Under the pieces are notes generated by a model. It worked only from the letters and a program-made list of their open reading frames with translations. It did no database searches and was not told the DNA's origin. Shown piece after piece: positions 9,730 through 19,215 of a stretch of 55,907 nucleotides of DNA; the first letter of the stretch is position 1; every line of letters starts with the position of its first letter. Origin of the DNA: Candidatus Bathyarchaeia archaeon (GTDB lineage: Archaea > Thermoproteota > Bathyarchaeia > Bathyarchaeales > Bathycorpusculaceae); assembly GCA_050012755.1 (NCBI GenBank), contig JBEKGO010000011.1, positions 1 to 55,907 on the forward strand. The letters are read 5' to 3'. The translations under genes were made by a program, and so were the position numbers.

Positions 9730-10380
9730 ATGGCTATGAGCAGAATAATTGACCACGGACTAGAAGAACAATCAGTACTCATAACAAGAATGGCAGAGTT
9801 AACTTACGAAACGCTTGCTCTGTCAATACAAGGGTACCTTAAAGGAAAAAGCGTTCAAGAAGAAGTACGGGAAATGTCCGATACCCTAGTTGCTATGGCA
9901 GATAAAATTGAAGATAAAAGCTTTGAGTTAATTGCGCGGTTTCAACCAGTTGCAACTGATCTTAGAACCATAAAATCCTACATGAAAATCGGAAATGATT
10001 TTGCAAGGTTTGGTAGGTATGCGCTTGATATATCATTCATTAATGAAAAACTAAATGGCTTGAGAGAATGCGACACTTGGTGCAAAGATGATATTGAGGA
10101 AATGAGTAAAGAAGTCCTTTCAGCAGTCAGAATAAGCATTGATTCCCTGAGAAGACATGATGTAACTCTGGCTAAATCCATCTCCCAAACCGAACGTGAA
10201 GTTGACAAGATGTACCTTGATTACCTGCAAAAGCTCCTTGGATCCAAAGAAGGTAGCAGCAAATGCATAATTTCCAGCGTGTTAATGACTAGGTATCTTG
10301 AGCGTATAGCCGATCACGCAACTTATGTTTGTGAATCAATCGTTTACATTGTAACTGGTGAAAAAATAAGCCTAGGATAA
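9730..10380 (+). CDS. phoU: Phosphate signalling protein PhoU
   Basis: IARFQPVATDLR and YLERIADHATYVCESIVYIVTG; last gene of the pst operon. Confidence 0.95.
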   Translation: MAMSRIIDHGLEEQSVLITRMAELTYETLALSIQGYLKGKSVQEEVREMSDTLVAMADKIEDKSFELIARFQPVATDLRTIKSYMKIGNDFARFGRYALDISFINEKLNGLRECDTWCKDDIEEMSKEVLSAVRISIDSLRRHDVTLAKSISQTEREVDKMYLDYLQKLLGSKEGSSKCIISSVLMTRYLERIADHATYVCESIVYIVTGEKISLG

Positions 10381-10423
10381 CAAGCCTGGTCTTCTAGTTG
10401 CAGCATGTCGGTTTTCTTTTTCC

Positions 10424-10443
10424 ACCCCCTATATATAGGGGGT
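10424..10443. promoter_or_regulatory. Perfect 20-bp palindrome
   Basis: ACCCCCTATATATAGGGGGT is its own reverse complement; intergenic, upstream of the wHTH gene. Confidence 0.5.
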
Positions 10444-10578
10444 ATCATGGGTGAACATGGTTTCATGACCCGGGGGGTCTACGAACGCCTTCATTGCGTT
10501 GAAATCAAATCTTTCATTGTTTTTATTTTATTAATGGAGTAATGTTCAAAAGCAACTCTTCAACCTAACATTAAATTA

Positions 10579-11217
10579 ATGATCCCTATTCTGAATGTTA
10601 ATTGGCAAAGTCCACCAACCGACTACTCCCTCAGCGAACGCGATGCAGACGTGTTGGCGCTAATCGAAAACGAAGACTTAGCCATATTCACATTCGACGG
10701 CTTAAAAAGAAGAACCGGTCTCCATTCCGAAACGCTCTCCCGCATCCTCAATCGACTCGAACAAGAAGGCATAGTGAAAAAAGAAGCTGAAGGCTACCGC
10801 GTAACCCCAAAAATAACTGAATTAAAACTCCATCAACCACGCAAAGAAGAACAGGCAACACCACTTATCCAAACTTTTCTTCCATCAGACCTCATGACCC
10901 AGCAACTTATTTTATCGCTAAAAGGTAAATGGTTTGGTGTGCTCCGCTGGCTGGGAATTTCAGAAAACAACCAAGGCGTCACGTTGAAATGGATTACAGA
11001 AGATGGCGGCATCCAAATAGCTGCAAACATTCAAGGCACAGCCCTAAACATAGAAGCCAAATTCTTAACAAACAACAACTTGAATTTGGCGTTGAAAGCT
11101 TCATACCAGCTTATGGCAAACATCGGCAAGATCTGCCAAAACTCACGTGCAGTCAAAAACGCTTTAGCCCAAAATGTGGCCTACGATGGCAACTCACATT
11201 TTATGATGCCTGCCTAA
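10579..11217 (+). CDS. Winged-helix DNA-binding protein with uncharacterised C-terminal domain
   Basis: FTFDGLKRRTGLHSETLSRILNRLEQEGIV..GYRVT wHTH pattern. Confidence 0.75.
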   Translation: MIPILNVNWQSPPTDYSLSERDADVLALIENEDLAIFTFDGLKRRTGLHSETLSRILNRLEQEGIVKKEAEGYRVTPKITELKLHQPRKEEQATPLIQTFLPSDLMTQQLILSLKGKWFGVLRWLGISENNQGVTLKWITEDGGIQIAANIQGTALNIEAKFLTNNNLNLALKASYQLMANIGKICQNSRAVKNALAQNVAYDGNSHFMMPA

Positions 11218-11278
11218 TTTTTTGTGACTAACTTTTGGTGTTCCTTAGTCAACAAATACCATTTTGCCATAGTACCTT

Positions 11279-12226
11279 ATGGTGAAAAACAAAATGACTC
11301 AACTAGTTAACCCGTTAGAGGTACTCAAATCATTTTCAGAAGCAACAAGCATACTCATCAAGAAAGTCTCAGAATCTATAGTCAGCGTAAAAGCACAGAT
11401 GTCACGCGGAACAGGCGTTGTCTTAACAGAAGACGGCTACATAATCACCTGCAACCATGTCCTTCAAGGATGCAACGCAATCAAAATTGGACAAGGAGAA
11501 AAAACATTCAACGCAAAAATCGTTGGAACCGATCCATACAATGACTTAGCCTTGATTAAGGCTGAGAAAGGAGAATTTACACCTATAAAGTTGGGCGATT
11601 CAGAAAAACTAAGCGTAGGCCAATATGTTTTGGCTCTCGCTAACCCATTTAATAGGAATCAACCAACCGCAACCAGCGGCATGGTGACCAGCGTGAACAG
11701 CACCATCAGAGGCTGGCGAGGAAGCACACAAATGGAAAACGTCATCGCGACAGACGCACAGCTTAACCCCGGTTTCAGCGGCGGACCACTCGTAGACGCA
11801 GATGGCAAAATAATCGGCATAAATACAGCGTATGTTTGGCAAAGAGGCATCGCCGTCCCAATAAACAAGGTAAAAGCAGTTGCCGACAGATTAATGACTG
11901 GAAAAATAGCTCAAAAAGGCTACCTCGGCATAATCGCAAACACCGTCGCTATTCCAGAAGAAATCACTGAACAAGCAGGCTTAGAACAGGAAAGCGGAGT
12001 AATGATATTCTCTGTTGAACCAGATTCCCCGGCACGCAAAGCAGGCTTAGCCATGGGTGATGTCCTTGTTAAATTCAACGGTAAACCTGTCACTGACTTC
12101 TACGATCTCCCAAGATTGCTCGCTGAAGACGTCATCGACAAAGAAACCAAACTAACCATCATCAGACGAGAAAACCTCATAGAAGTAACAATTGTCCCAA
12201 CAGTTCATGGAGGCGAAGAAGACTGA
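11279..12226 (+). CDS. HtrA/DegP-like trypsin-type serine protease with PDZ domain, no signal peptide
   Basis: TCNHV (His), DLA (Asp), TDAQLNPGFSGGPL (Ser); PDZ GYLGI..SPARKAGL..GDV. Confidence 0.92.
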   Translation: MVKNKMTQLVNPLEVLKSFSEATSILIKKVSESIVSVKAQMSRGTGVVLTEDGYIITCNHVLQGCNAIKIGQGEKTFNAKIVGTDPYNDLALIKAEKGEFTPIKLGDSEKLSVGQYVLALANPFNRNQPTATSGMVTSVNSTIRGWRGSTQMENVIATDAQLNPGFSGGPLVDADGKIIGINTAYVWQRGIAVPINKVKAVADRLMTGKIAQKGYLGIIANTVAIPEEITEQAGLEQESGVMIFSVEPDSPARKAGLAMGDVLVKFNGKPVTDFYDLPRLLAEDVIDKETKLTIIRRENLIEVTIVPTVHGGEED

Positions 12227-12369
12227 TAAATCGGATGCCCTTAGAAATTGAACCGCCATCTCCAATGCCAAACCCGCCACTAAGACGCTCGCCCCATCCT
12301 ATTCCACAATTAAGCAATGCAAGCGCTGTTGCTTCAACGGCTCCTTTCCCATCTATTTTTGATTAGAAC

Positions 12370-12395
12370 AAGAAAAGAGGCCTCTCTCTTTTCTT
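12370..12395. terminator. Hairpin / terminator-like element
   Basis: AAGAAAAGAG-gcctct-CTCTTTTCTT, 10-bp stem. Confidence 0.45.
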
Positions 12396-12448
12396 ATTAT
12401 GAATTATTTTATAAGCAGATTCTAACTATCAACTAATCAGGTGTCTGT

Positions 12449-12844
12449 ATGCATGCTGGGTTAGCCTTCGTTATAGGAATTTTAGTAACTATTGCAGTGT
12501 TCCTTTTTTTCGCTGCAATTTCAGGAACACAGTTTTATGGCTTAGCCATTTCGGTTGAACTAACCCTTGGAGTAACACTTATTATTGTAGCCTTGATTGT
12601 TGCAGCCATATTTTATGTCGGCGTAAAAGCGCAGTTTAGACGAGTAAAAACAGGCAAAGAAGCTCTGATTGGCGCAAAAGGCGTAGCAACAACTGACCTT
12701 AAACCTAAAGGTGAAGTCAGGATCCTGGGCGAGTTTTGGGAAGCAATTGCCAAAGATACCGCAATAATTGCTGGCCAAGATGTGGAAGTTGTGGGCATGG
12801 AAGGCATGTTCCTTCTCGTAAAACCAACCGAGCAAAAAGCTTAA
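12449..12844 (+). CDS. Short NfeD-family membrane protein (no protease domain)
   Basis: Two TM segments, then TGKEALIG..LKPKGEVRILGEFWEA OB-fold; directly upstream of the SPFH gene. Confidence 0.88.
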   Translation: MHAGLAFVIGILVTIAVFLFFAAISGTQFYGLAISVELTLGVTLIIVALIVAAIFYVGVKAQFRRVKTGKEALIGAKGVATTDLKPKGEVRILGEFWEAIAKDTAIIAGQDVEVVGMEGMFLLVKPTEQKA

Positions 12845-12879
12845 TTCTCCAAACATCCGAATACCAATAGAAGGTGTAA

Positions 12880-13752
12880 ATGTTGTCAGAAGTTTTAGCT
12901 CCCGTAGTAGGATTCATAGGAATCGTAGTTGCACTTTTCCTGTTAAGCGGTATCCGTGTCCTCAAAGAATGGGAACGAATGCCCGTTTTAAGACTTGGAC
13001 GCTATGTCGGCTTGAAAGGTCCTGGAATAATCTATCTCGTTCCATTGATTGACAGAGCACCATTAAAAATTTCCACAAGACTGGACACTATACAGTTTCG
13101 CACAGAATCAACCTTAACAAAAGATAACGTTCCAGTAAATGTTGATTCAGTATTGTACATGAAACCCGTGGATTTGGAGAAAGCGGTACTTCAAGTTGAA
13201 AATTACTACCAAGCTACTCAATTGGCTTCACAAACAACTTTGCGGGAAGTCATCGGCAAAGTTAGCCTCAACGAGTTGCTGGCTGAACGGGAAAAAGTCG
13301 GTGCACACCTGCGAGAAATTATTGATGAGAAAACAGAAGCTTGGGGAATTAAAGCCACCGCCGTCGAAGTTCGAGATGTTATAATACCAAGTAACCTTCA
13401 AGACGCCATGAGCCGCCAAGCACAAGCGGAACGAGAACGAATGGCGAGAGTAACTTTAGCCACAGCTGAGTTCGAAGCGTCACAAAAAATGATTGAAGCA
13501 GCAAAAGCATACGAAGCAAGCCCCGAAGGCCTAAGACTCAGGTGGATGAACATTCTTTACGAATTAGGTCAGCAATCGCAAACAAACACAATTATGTTAG
13601 TGCCAGCGGTCATGCCGGAAGCAGGCTGGCCTCCAGTTGGAACCTACGGCTTCAAAGATTTAACCCAAGCACAACAAGCTCAGGCAGCAAGAAAGAAGCC
13701 AATTTTAAGGCCAGACATGCCTCAAGAACCACCATCTGAGGCACCTGAGTAA
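12880..13752 (+). CDS. SPFH/band-7 stomatin-like (slipin) protein
   Basis: GPGIIYLVPLID, LTKDNVPVNVDSV, QTTLREVIG, AMSRQAQAERE. Confidence 0.95.
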   Translation: MLSEVLAPVVGFIGIVVALFLLSGIRVLKEWERMPVLRLGRYVGLKGPGIIYLVPLIDRAPLKISTRLDTIQFRTESTLTKDNVPVNVDSVLYMKPVDLEKAVLQVENYYQATQLASQTTLREVIGKVSLNELLAEREKVGAHLREIIDEKTEAWGIKATAVEVRDVIIPSNLQDAMSRQAQAERERMARVTLATAEFEASQKMIEAAKAYEASPEGLRLRWMNILYELGQQSQTNTIMLVPAVMPEAGWPPVGTYGFKDLTQAQQAQAARKKPILRPDMPQEPPSEAPE

Positions 13753-13799
13753 CCAAACATTTTTTCTTTCTTTTCTTTTTTCAGCCCAAACCCAAAACA

Positions 13800-14822
13800 T
13801 CATGCTGATTTTACTGCCTTTACCGTGTGCTCCAGCAACAACGTGGCTGCTTCTTGGCTAGGCCAACCGCCTAAACCGCAGTCAGGACCCGTAAACGTCA
13901 TTCGCTCGCCATATTTTTCTTTGGCAAACTTGAACCTTTTTCTTATCACGTCTTCTGGCTCAACCAGTTGCTTCGCTGAAGGTTTAGTTATGCCTTTTTC
14001 ATAGAGTTCCGCCAAGATGGAATCAATGTCTGTTCTGGACACGCCCACCCTGATTTGTTTATCCGCTTTCTCAAGCATGCTTTTGGGAACTGAATCAATA
14101 TTGCCTGGCGACGCTGCATACTCAAACGATAAAACATCAAGGTTTTTGACACAGAGCAAATCGTGCACTCCCGCAGCTGAATGCAAGTGAATCTGCCGTG
14201 TGGCACCTTTGAAATCGAAGACTTTCTCAAGCACTCCACAAATTACGTCAGGTGAGGCTTGGATGTTGTTTAAGCCAAAGCTAGGTTCATCGATTGAAAC
14301 TACCTTGGTTTCGATGTACTTGTTGTTCAGGATGCTGTTTTTTGCAAAGCGCCTAATTGTTTCCGCCAAAGCGTCCAGCACGTCTTGGTAGGGTTTTTTT
14401 CCAACCTCAACCAAATATTGCTCTATGGGACCATACATGCAGACTCTCAGCGAGATTTTCTTTCCGTATTCCTCGCTAAGGCTTCTAGCTTGTGCTTCAA
14501 TAGCGCGCACTTCAGGTAAAAACGCATCTTTCTCATCTACTACAAAAGTGCCTTTTTCCATAACTTTGTGAACGGCGTCGCTGACTTGTCGAATGCCGTC
14601 ATAGTGCCAAGGAGAATTAACTACGTCAAGCCCTGTTTCTATTTTCCGTCTAAACGAGTATATTGTGACATCGTAGAAGTTTTTGCGTATAAACTCGTCT
14701 TCGCTGATGTCTTTGCCGTTTGTTAGGGCTTCGCGTGCTAAACGATATGCTTTGTTGTATGTTTCCCTGTCAACAGTTGTTGGTAATGGGAAACTGCCTA
14801 TGTCATCAATTAAAGTGTCCAT
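13800..14822 (-). CDS. Folate-independent core methionine synthase (MetE C-terminal domain only; MesC-like)
   Basis: DDIGSFPLP start, SIDEPS, Zn ligands H-x-H (IHLH), E (SFEY) and PDCGL; 340 aa. Confidence 0.75.
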   Translation of the reverse strand: MDTLIDDIGSFPLPTTVDRETYNKAYRLAREALTNGKDISEDEFIRKNFYDVTIYSFRRKIETGLDVVNSPWHYDGIRQVSDAVHKVMEKGTFVVDEKDAFLPEVRAIEAQARSLSEEYGKKISLRVCMYGPIEQYLVEVGKKPYQDVLDALAETIRRFAKNSILNNKYIETKVVSIDEPSFGLNNIQASPDVICGVLEKVFDFKGATRQIHLHSAAGVHDLLCVKNLDVLSFEYAASPGNIDSVPKSMLEKADKQIRVGVSRTDIDSILAELYEKGITKPSAKQLVEPEDVIRKRFKFAKEKYGERMTFTGPDCGLGGWPSQEAATLLLEHTVKAVKSA

Positions 14823-14891
14823 GACGCATTATTTACAAGGGAAATTCTATTAAAGATAATCCTACCTCTACACCGCTGAAAGGTATGAGTC

Positions 14892-15338
14892 ATGTCCACA
14901 TGCATATTCTGCCAGATAATCCGCAAAGAAGCCCATGCAAGCATAATCTACGAGGACCAGCAAGTTGCAGCTTTTTTAAGTGATCGCCCAGTGAACGAGG
15001 GGCACACACTTGTTGTTCCCAAAAAACATTATAAAAACATCTATGATATACCTGAAAAAGAAGCCGCCTACCTTTTCACGATTGTTAAGCGGATAGCTAG
15101 AGCTGTAAAAGATGCAACAGGCGCCGAAGGTATAAGAATTGTACAAAACAACGGTGAAGCTGCCGGACAAGTGATTTTTCATTTGCACGTACACATTATT
15201 CCTTTGAAACCGCATAACCAATTTACCCATGATGGTGCTTATCGTGACCCAAATCGGCATCGTAATTCAGAAGCATTAGAGACAGATGCGGAAAAAATAA
15301 GGCGGAATCTGCCCGCTCTTAAGAGTAATTTTCAATAG
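14892..15338 (+). CDS. HIT-family nucleotide hydrolase
   Basis: CIFC, GHTLVVPK, GQVIFHLHVHIIP. Confidence 0.95.
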   Translation: MSTCIFCQIIRKEAHASIIYEDQQVAAFLSDRPVNEGHTLVVPKKHYKNIYDIPEKEAAYLFTIVKRIARAVKDATGAEGIRIVQNNGEAAGQVIFHLHVHIIPLKPHNQFTHDGAYRDPNRHRNSEALETDAEKIRRNLPALKSNFQ

Positions 15339-15550
15339 GAAAAGGTAGTCATTTACCACTTTCTACACATCTCTCAACTTAGATAGTAAAATCAACATTA
15401 AATTGAGTTTCATTTCCATTTGTTAAACACGCAGTTTTTCTTGGGTGAAGTACAAACTTAACAGCCAAACATTAGTCAAAACTGGCTTTTTCAGGAACAG
15501 CTATAAAAGAGGGAAAAACAATCATTGCGTACATCACAAGCGGAATAAAC

Positions 15551-15901
15551 ATGACGGAACAACCTAGCAACGAACCAAACAGCAATGACCAACCTACCTC
15601 CAAAATCGAGAAACTTATAATCGACGACCCCTCAAACTTCCAGTTCCACGCTGCATATCTCGTTTACTCTGAGGCTTTTGACGGAGGAAATGAGGATGCA
15701 AAGAAGGAACTCAATCAGAATATTGAAGATTTAAAAGAAAACAAAATCGATGCTCAAACATTTTACGTTAACATTTCACGCTTCCGCAAACTGGATCAGC
15801 CAATGGGCAGACCAGGAAAATTCACTGTGACGACTCAGAGAAAGAAAGATTGGCGCATGAAAACTCAACGGTCTGAACGTATCAAAAGACACAAAAAATA
15901 A
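15551..15901 (+). CDS. Hypothetical protein, acidic N-half and basic C-tail
   Basis: Intact ORF with TATA-like TATAAAA upstream; no motif recognised. Confidence 0.7.
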   Translation: MTEQPSNEPNSNDQPTSKIEKLIIDDPSNFQFHAAYLVYSEAFDGGNEDAKKELNQNIEDLKENKIDAQTFYVNISRFRKLDQPMGRPGKFTVTTQRKKDWRMKTQRSERIKRHKK

Positions 15902-16054
15902 GTCCCATTAATAGGCTCAAGTTTCTTTTCTGCGGCAAGTTAAGCAAACAGTTTCTTCTTTGATGTTTAATCATGTTTAAACGTTATAAACGGAATCCTT
16001 AATTGGAGCATGATTAGCTTTTTGTAATCTAACTTGCCTTCAGAAGGGATTACA

Positions 16055-16822
16055 TTGAAAATACAATTGAAAACACAAGATATTGCCGTTATAGGTATAT
16101 GCGCTGCACTTTATGCTGTCGTTGGACGCTTAACTGCAGGTGTCACTTTTTTAGGTGTGGGATTTTTGCCAGCTGTTGTTATTCCCGCCGTTTTCGCTGT
16201 ATTGTATGGACCTTGGGTAGGAGGTATTAGTGGAGCTTTAGGCATTTTCATAAGAGATATGCTTGTCCATGGAAACGCTGCTTTAAGTCTCGCGGCGGGC
16301 GTACCTCCGAACTTCATTTTGTTCTTCCTTATCGGCTATATTGCCGCAAGAAATATCGATACTAAAAGAATCACTGTTGCGTTAGTCCTGTCTGCCGCAG
16401 TAATAATCGCTGGACTAGTTGTGCCTACTCTGATGTATCCCGCTGAGTTCTCTGCATTAACTGGCTTGACAACAACTGAAATACTTCTTGTGTTCGGTCT
16501 GACAGTGGTACTCAGCTTTGTTGTTATTAGTGTGGTCGCTATTCGTTGGAAACAATGGCGATCCTTTGCTATCGCAGCTGTCGTTGGGCAAGCGGCAGGG
16601 GCGGGCTTACTTTCCGTTACAATATGGGCGGTCAGTCCACTTTTCCTTTCTTATTTCAAATCACCTGTTGGAGCTACCTTCATTCTTCCATTGTTTGTTT
16701 GGACTTTCGCCACTGAAATCCCGTTTATTCTACTGGTTGGACCGCCAATAATCAAAGCGTGCTATAGAGCGTTTCCAAGCCTGAGGCAAAGAAGCCAACA
16801 AAAAGGCGAATTCATTGAGTAA
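16055..16822 (+). CDS. ECF transporter S component (candidate pantoate/pantothenate specificity)
   Basis: IAVIGICAALYAV, PAVVIPAVFAVLYGPWVGGISGALG pattern; overlaps pantoate kinase; start set at TTG 16055. Confidence 0.75.
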   Translation: MKIQLKTQDIAVIGICAALYAVVGRLTAGVTFLGVGFLPAVVIPAVFAVLYGPWVGGISGALGIFIRDMLVHGNAALSLAAGVPPNFILFFLIGYIAARNIDTKRITVALVLSAAVIIAGLVVPTLMYPAEFSALTGLTTTEILLVFGLTVVLSFVVISVVAIRWKQWRSFAIAAVVGQAAGAGLLSVTIWAVSPLFLSYFKSPVGATFILPLFVWTFATEIPFILLVGPPIIKACYRAFPSLRQRSQQKGEFIE

Positions 16823-17777
16823 GCATATTGCTAAAACAGCCAAAGCCTTTGCTCCAGCAGCCATTTCCAGCTTCTTTGAAATCCACGATACCGAAGGCAA
16901 AAAGCCGATCGTTGATTTAGAAAAAGTGGGAGCCAGAGGTGGCGGTTTTGGTCTGCAGAAAGGAGTTTTCACGCAAGTTACTGTTGAAGAAGCAAGAAGT
17001 TCAAACGTCACTGTGATTATTAATGGGAAGCATGCACCTGAAGCGAAAACAACAAAACTAATGATTGAAACACTGCTTAGGAACAAGCAAAAATCATACG
17101 CAATTTTCGTTAACCACAAAATTGAAGTTCCAATTGGCACAGGTTTTGGAACGAGCGCGGGTGGAGCATTAACAGCCGGATTAGCTCTCAAAGAAGCGTT
17201 AGATTTACCTTTAACTCACAACCAAATAGGTAAAATAGCGCACGCAGCAGAGATCGAATGTCGAACAGGTTTAGGTACAGTAAGTTCATTAACATCAACT
17301 GGCGGTTGCGTTCTTGTTGTTGAACCAGGTGCACCTGGCATCTGTCAAATCGACCGCATACCAATGACTCACGACTTCGTTGTAGTGGCTGGTTTTACCC
17401 AATCTAACATCCCAAATAAAACAGTGTTAGCAGATTCCGAAAAAAGGCGACTAATTAACTCCTATGGCAAGAAAACTTTGGAGGCAATTCTTGCAAAACC
17501 AAGTCTTGAAAATTTTCTAGAACGCTGCCATGAATTCTCTGAAAAGGCGGGTTTCGCAACAGAAAAAACTCGCCAACTAGTTAAATTAGCTAAGAAAGCC
17601 GGCGCAATAGGTGCAACACAAAATATGATTGGCGAAGCAGTCCACGCTCTTGTGCTCAAAGAAAACGCTAATCAGGTGGCAGAAGCTTTTAAGCAAGTCT
17701 TGCCCCCTGAAAAAGTGTTTGAGAGCAAAATTGATTTCCAAGGCGCTAGGCTGATAGGAAATGAAAAAATACAATAA
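16815..17777 (+). CDS. Pantoate kinase (GHMP family)
   Basis: AFAPAAISSFF, PIGTGFGTSAGGAL, AHAAEIECRTGLGTV, QNMIGEAV. Confidence 0.85.
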   Translation: MSKHIAKTAKAFAPAAISSFFEIHDTEGKKPIVDLEKVGARGGGFGLQKGVFTQVTVEEARSSNVTVIINGKHAPEAKTTKLMIETLLRNKQKSYAIFVNHKIEVPIGTGFGTSAGGALTAGLALKEALDLPLTHNQIGKIAHAAEIECRTGLGTVSSLTSTGGCVLVVEPGAPGICQIDRIPMTHDFVVVAGFTQSNIPNKTVLADSEKRRLINSYGKKTLEAILAKPSLENFLERCHEFSEKAGFATEKTRQLVKLAKKAGAIGATQNMIGEAVHALVLKENANQVAEAFKQVLPPEKVFESKIDFQGARLIGNEKIQ

Positions 17778-18246
17778 AGTTGCAGTTGGAGGAACCTTTG
17801 ATGAGCTCCATAGGGGGCATGAAGCCCTAATAAGCAAGGCTTTTGAAGTTGGCGAAAATGTTGTTATCGGCTTGTCCTCTGACGAATTTGTTTCAAAAAT
17901 GAGTAAAGGTCACAAAACTGCGAGTTATGCCGAGAGACTAAATGAACTGCAGACTTATTTAGAAAAGGCTGGGTTAGCAAACAGGGCAGAAATCGTTCCA
18001 TTAAACGACCCTTATGGCATCACAATATCAGGCAAGGGCTTAGACGCATTGGTTGTTAGTAAAGAGACAGAAGTTATTGCTGAAAAAATCAATGAGATCC
18101 GTAACAAAGCAGGGCTTAGCCTATTAAAAATTATTGCAGTAAATATGGTTCAAGCGGAAAACTGTGTTCCAATCTCCACAACAAGGATTAGAAAGGGAGA
18201 AATTGATCGAAATGGTCATATGATGAAGATCGGTCAAAACCAGTGA
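17761..18246 (+). CDS. coaD: Phosphopantetheine adenylyltransferase (archaeal type)
   Basis: VAVGGTFDELHRGH, LNDPYG, VVSKET, ISTTRIRKGEID. Confidence 0.93.
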   Translation: MKKYNKVAVGGTFDELHRGHEALISKAFEVGENVVIGLSSDEFVSKMSKGHKTASYAERLNELQTYLEKAGLANRAEIVPLNDPYGITISGKGLDALVVSKETEVIAEKINEIRNKAGLSLLKIIAVNMVQAENCVPISTTRIRKGEIDRNGHMMKIGQNQ

Positions 18247-18256
18247 TTTCTTACTT

Positions 18257-19186
18257 TTACAATATTTCTCCAACAACATTTATGGGTTTACAAATTAACG
18301 ATTTTGCTTCTTCAAGTTTCTCTTTATCTATTGTGGCAAGAATGACTGTGGCAGGGCCAGCCGACTTGTTCAAATCTAACCCTTTGACCTCACTCAGCTT
18401 TACTTGTCTCCCAACGCTGAAAGCCATCATTCTGGCTTCATCCGCAATGCCAAAAGTGCCTACAGCGGCAATATCATGTACGTATCTTTTTTGTGAAAGC
18501 TGAATTACATTTTTTAGGTCAGCAATTTCTCCTTTCTTCTCAGCGAAAATAACTTCATCGCCAACTTTAGGTTTGCCAATTGCAATTATTAGATCTCCGG
18601 GGCACGTTTTTCCAAGTCTTAACTCGTTTTCATTGGCAAACCCAACGACGGTTAATCCAGCACCAGTCTGTACCGTTTCAAAGTTGTCTTCTGTATTATC
18701 CATGATTACTTGATTTGGGTCAAGACCGATACTTCTGGCTTCACGTTTAATGCCCTCTATTATCTGGTTGCCTGTTGGTTCTTTCTCTACGCCTAACGTG
18801 ACTGACAAGAGAAGAGGAAAAGCGCCTGTCGAAGTAACATCCATCAAGGCAACTCGGGCCAGAAACTTTCCAAGTACCTGGCCGTCAACTTTTACTTTGT
18901 CCATTATTTTTGGACCGACAGCTCCTGATGATGTCGAACCTATTACCAACGCGTGGCCTGTTGGAACTTTGAGGATTGAGACATCGCCTCTTCTTGTGTA
19001 CGTTATTTGGGCAGGTTTTACTTGGAAAACAATGGGGCGTAGCATAGTGCCCACGTTATCTACAAGGTGTAAATAGATAGTCAATGCTTGGCGCATTACT
19101 TCTGATCGAGTGAGGTTATGCTTTTTTGCTAACTTGTCGATGTCTGAAGCTATTTTGTCGGGCAAGCGGACGTTTATAATCTCCAT
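18257..19186 (-). CDS. Ribbon-helix-helix regulator fused to an alpha-ribazole kinase (CblS)-like PurM-fold domain
   Basis: INVRLPDKIASDIDKLAKKHNLTRSEVMRQAL (RHH), then GAVGPK..D, ARVALMD, EKEPTG..II.GI, TEDNF.TVQTG, KSAGPAT (CblS-like). Confidence 0.75.
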   Translation of the reverse strand: MEIINVRLPDKIASDIDKLAKKHNLTRSEVMRQALTIYLHLVDNVGTMLRPIVFQVKPAQITYTRRGDVSILKVPTGHALVIGSTSSGAVGPKIMDKVKVDGQVLGKFLARVALMDVTSTGAFPLLLSVTLGVEKEPTGNQIIEGIKREARSIGLDPNQVIMDNTEDNFETVQTGAGLTVVGFANENELRLGKTCPGDLIIAIGKPKVGDEVIFAEKKGEIADLKNVIQLSQKRYVHDIAAVGTFGIADEARMMAFSVGRQVKLSEVKGLDLNKSAGPATVILATIDKEKLEEAKSLICKPINVVGEIL

Positions 19187-19202
19187 AGTTTACCAACCGT
19201 AT

Positions 19203-19215
19203 TACAACCGTTGTA
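19203..19215. promoter_or_regulatory. Palindromic operator candidate for the RHH regulator
   Basis: TACAAC-C-GTTGTA, 16 nt upstream of the RHH start codon, within CAACCGT direct repeats. Confidence 0.5.

Noticed and set aside
10453-10470. Reverse-complement similarity (GGGTCATG..ACCATG) to the hairpin at 1551-1570
   Set aside because: Short gapped match with no shared flanking structure; likely chance
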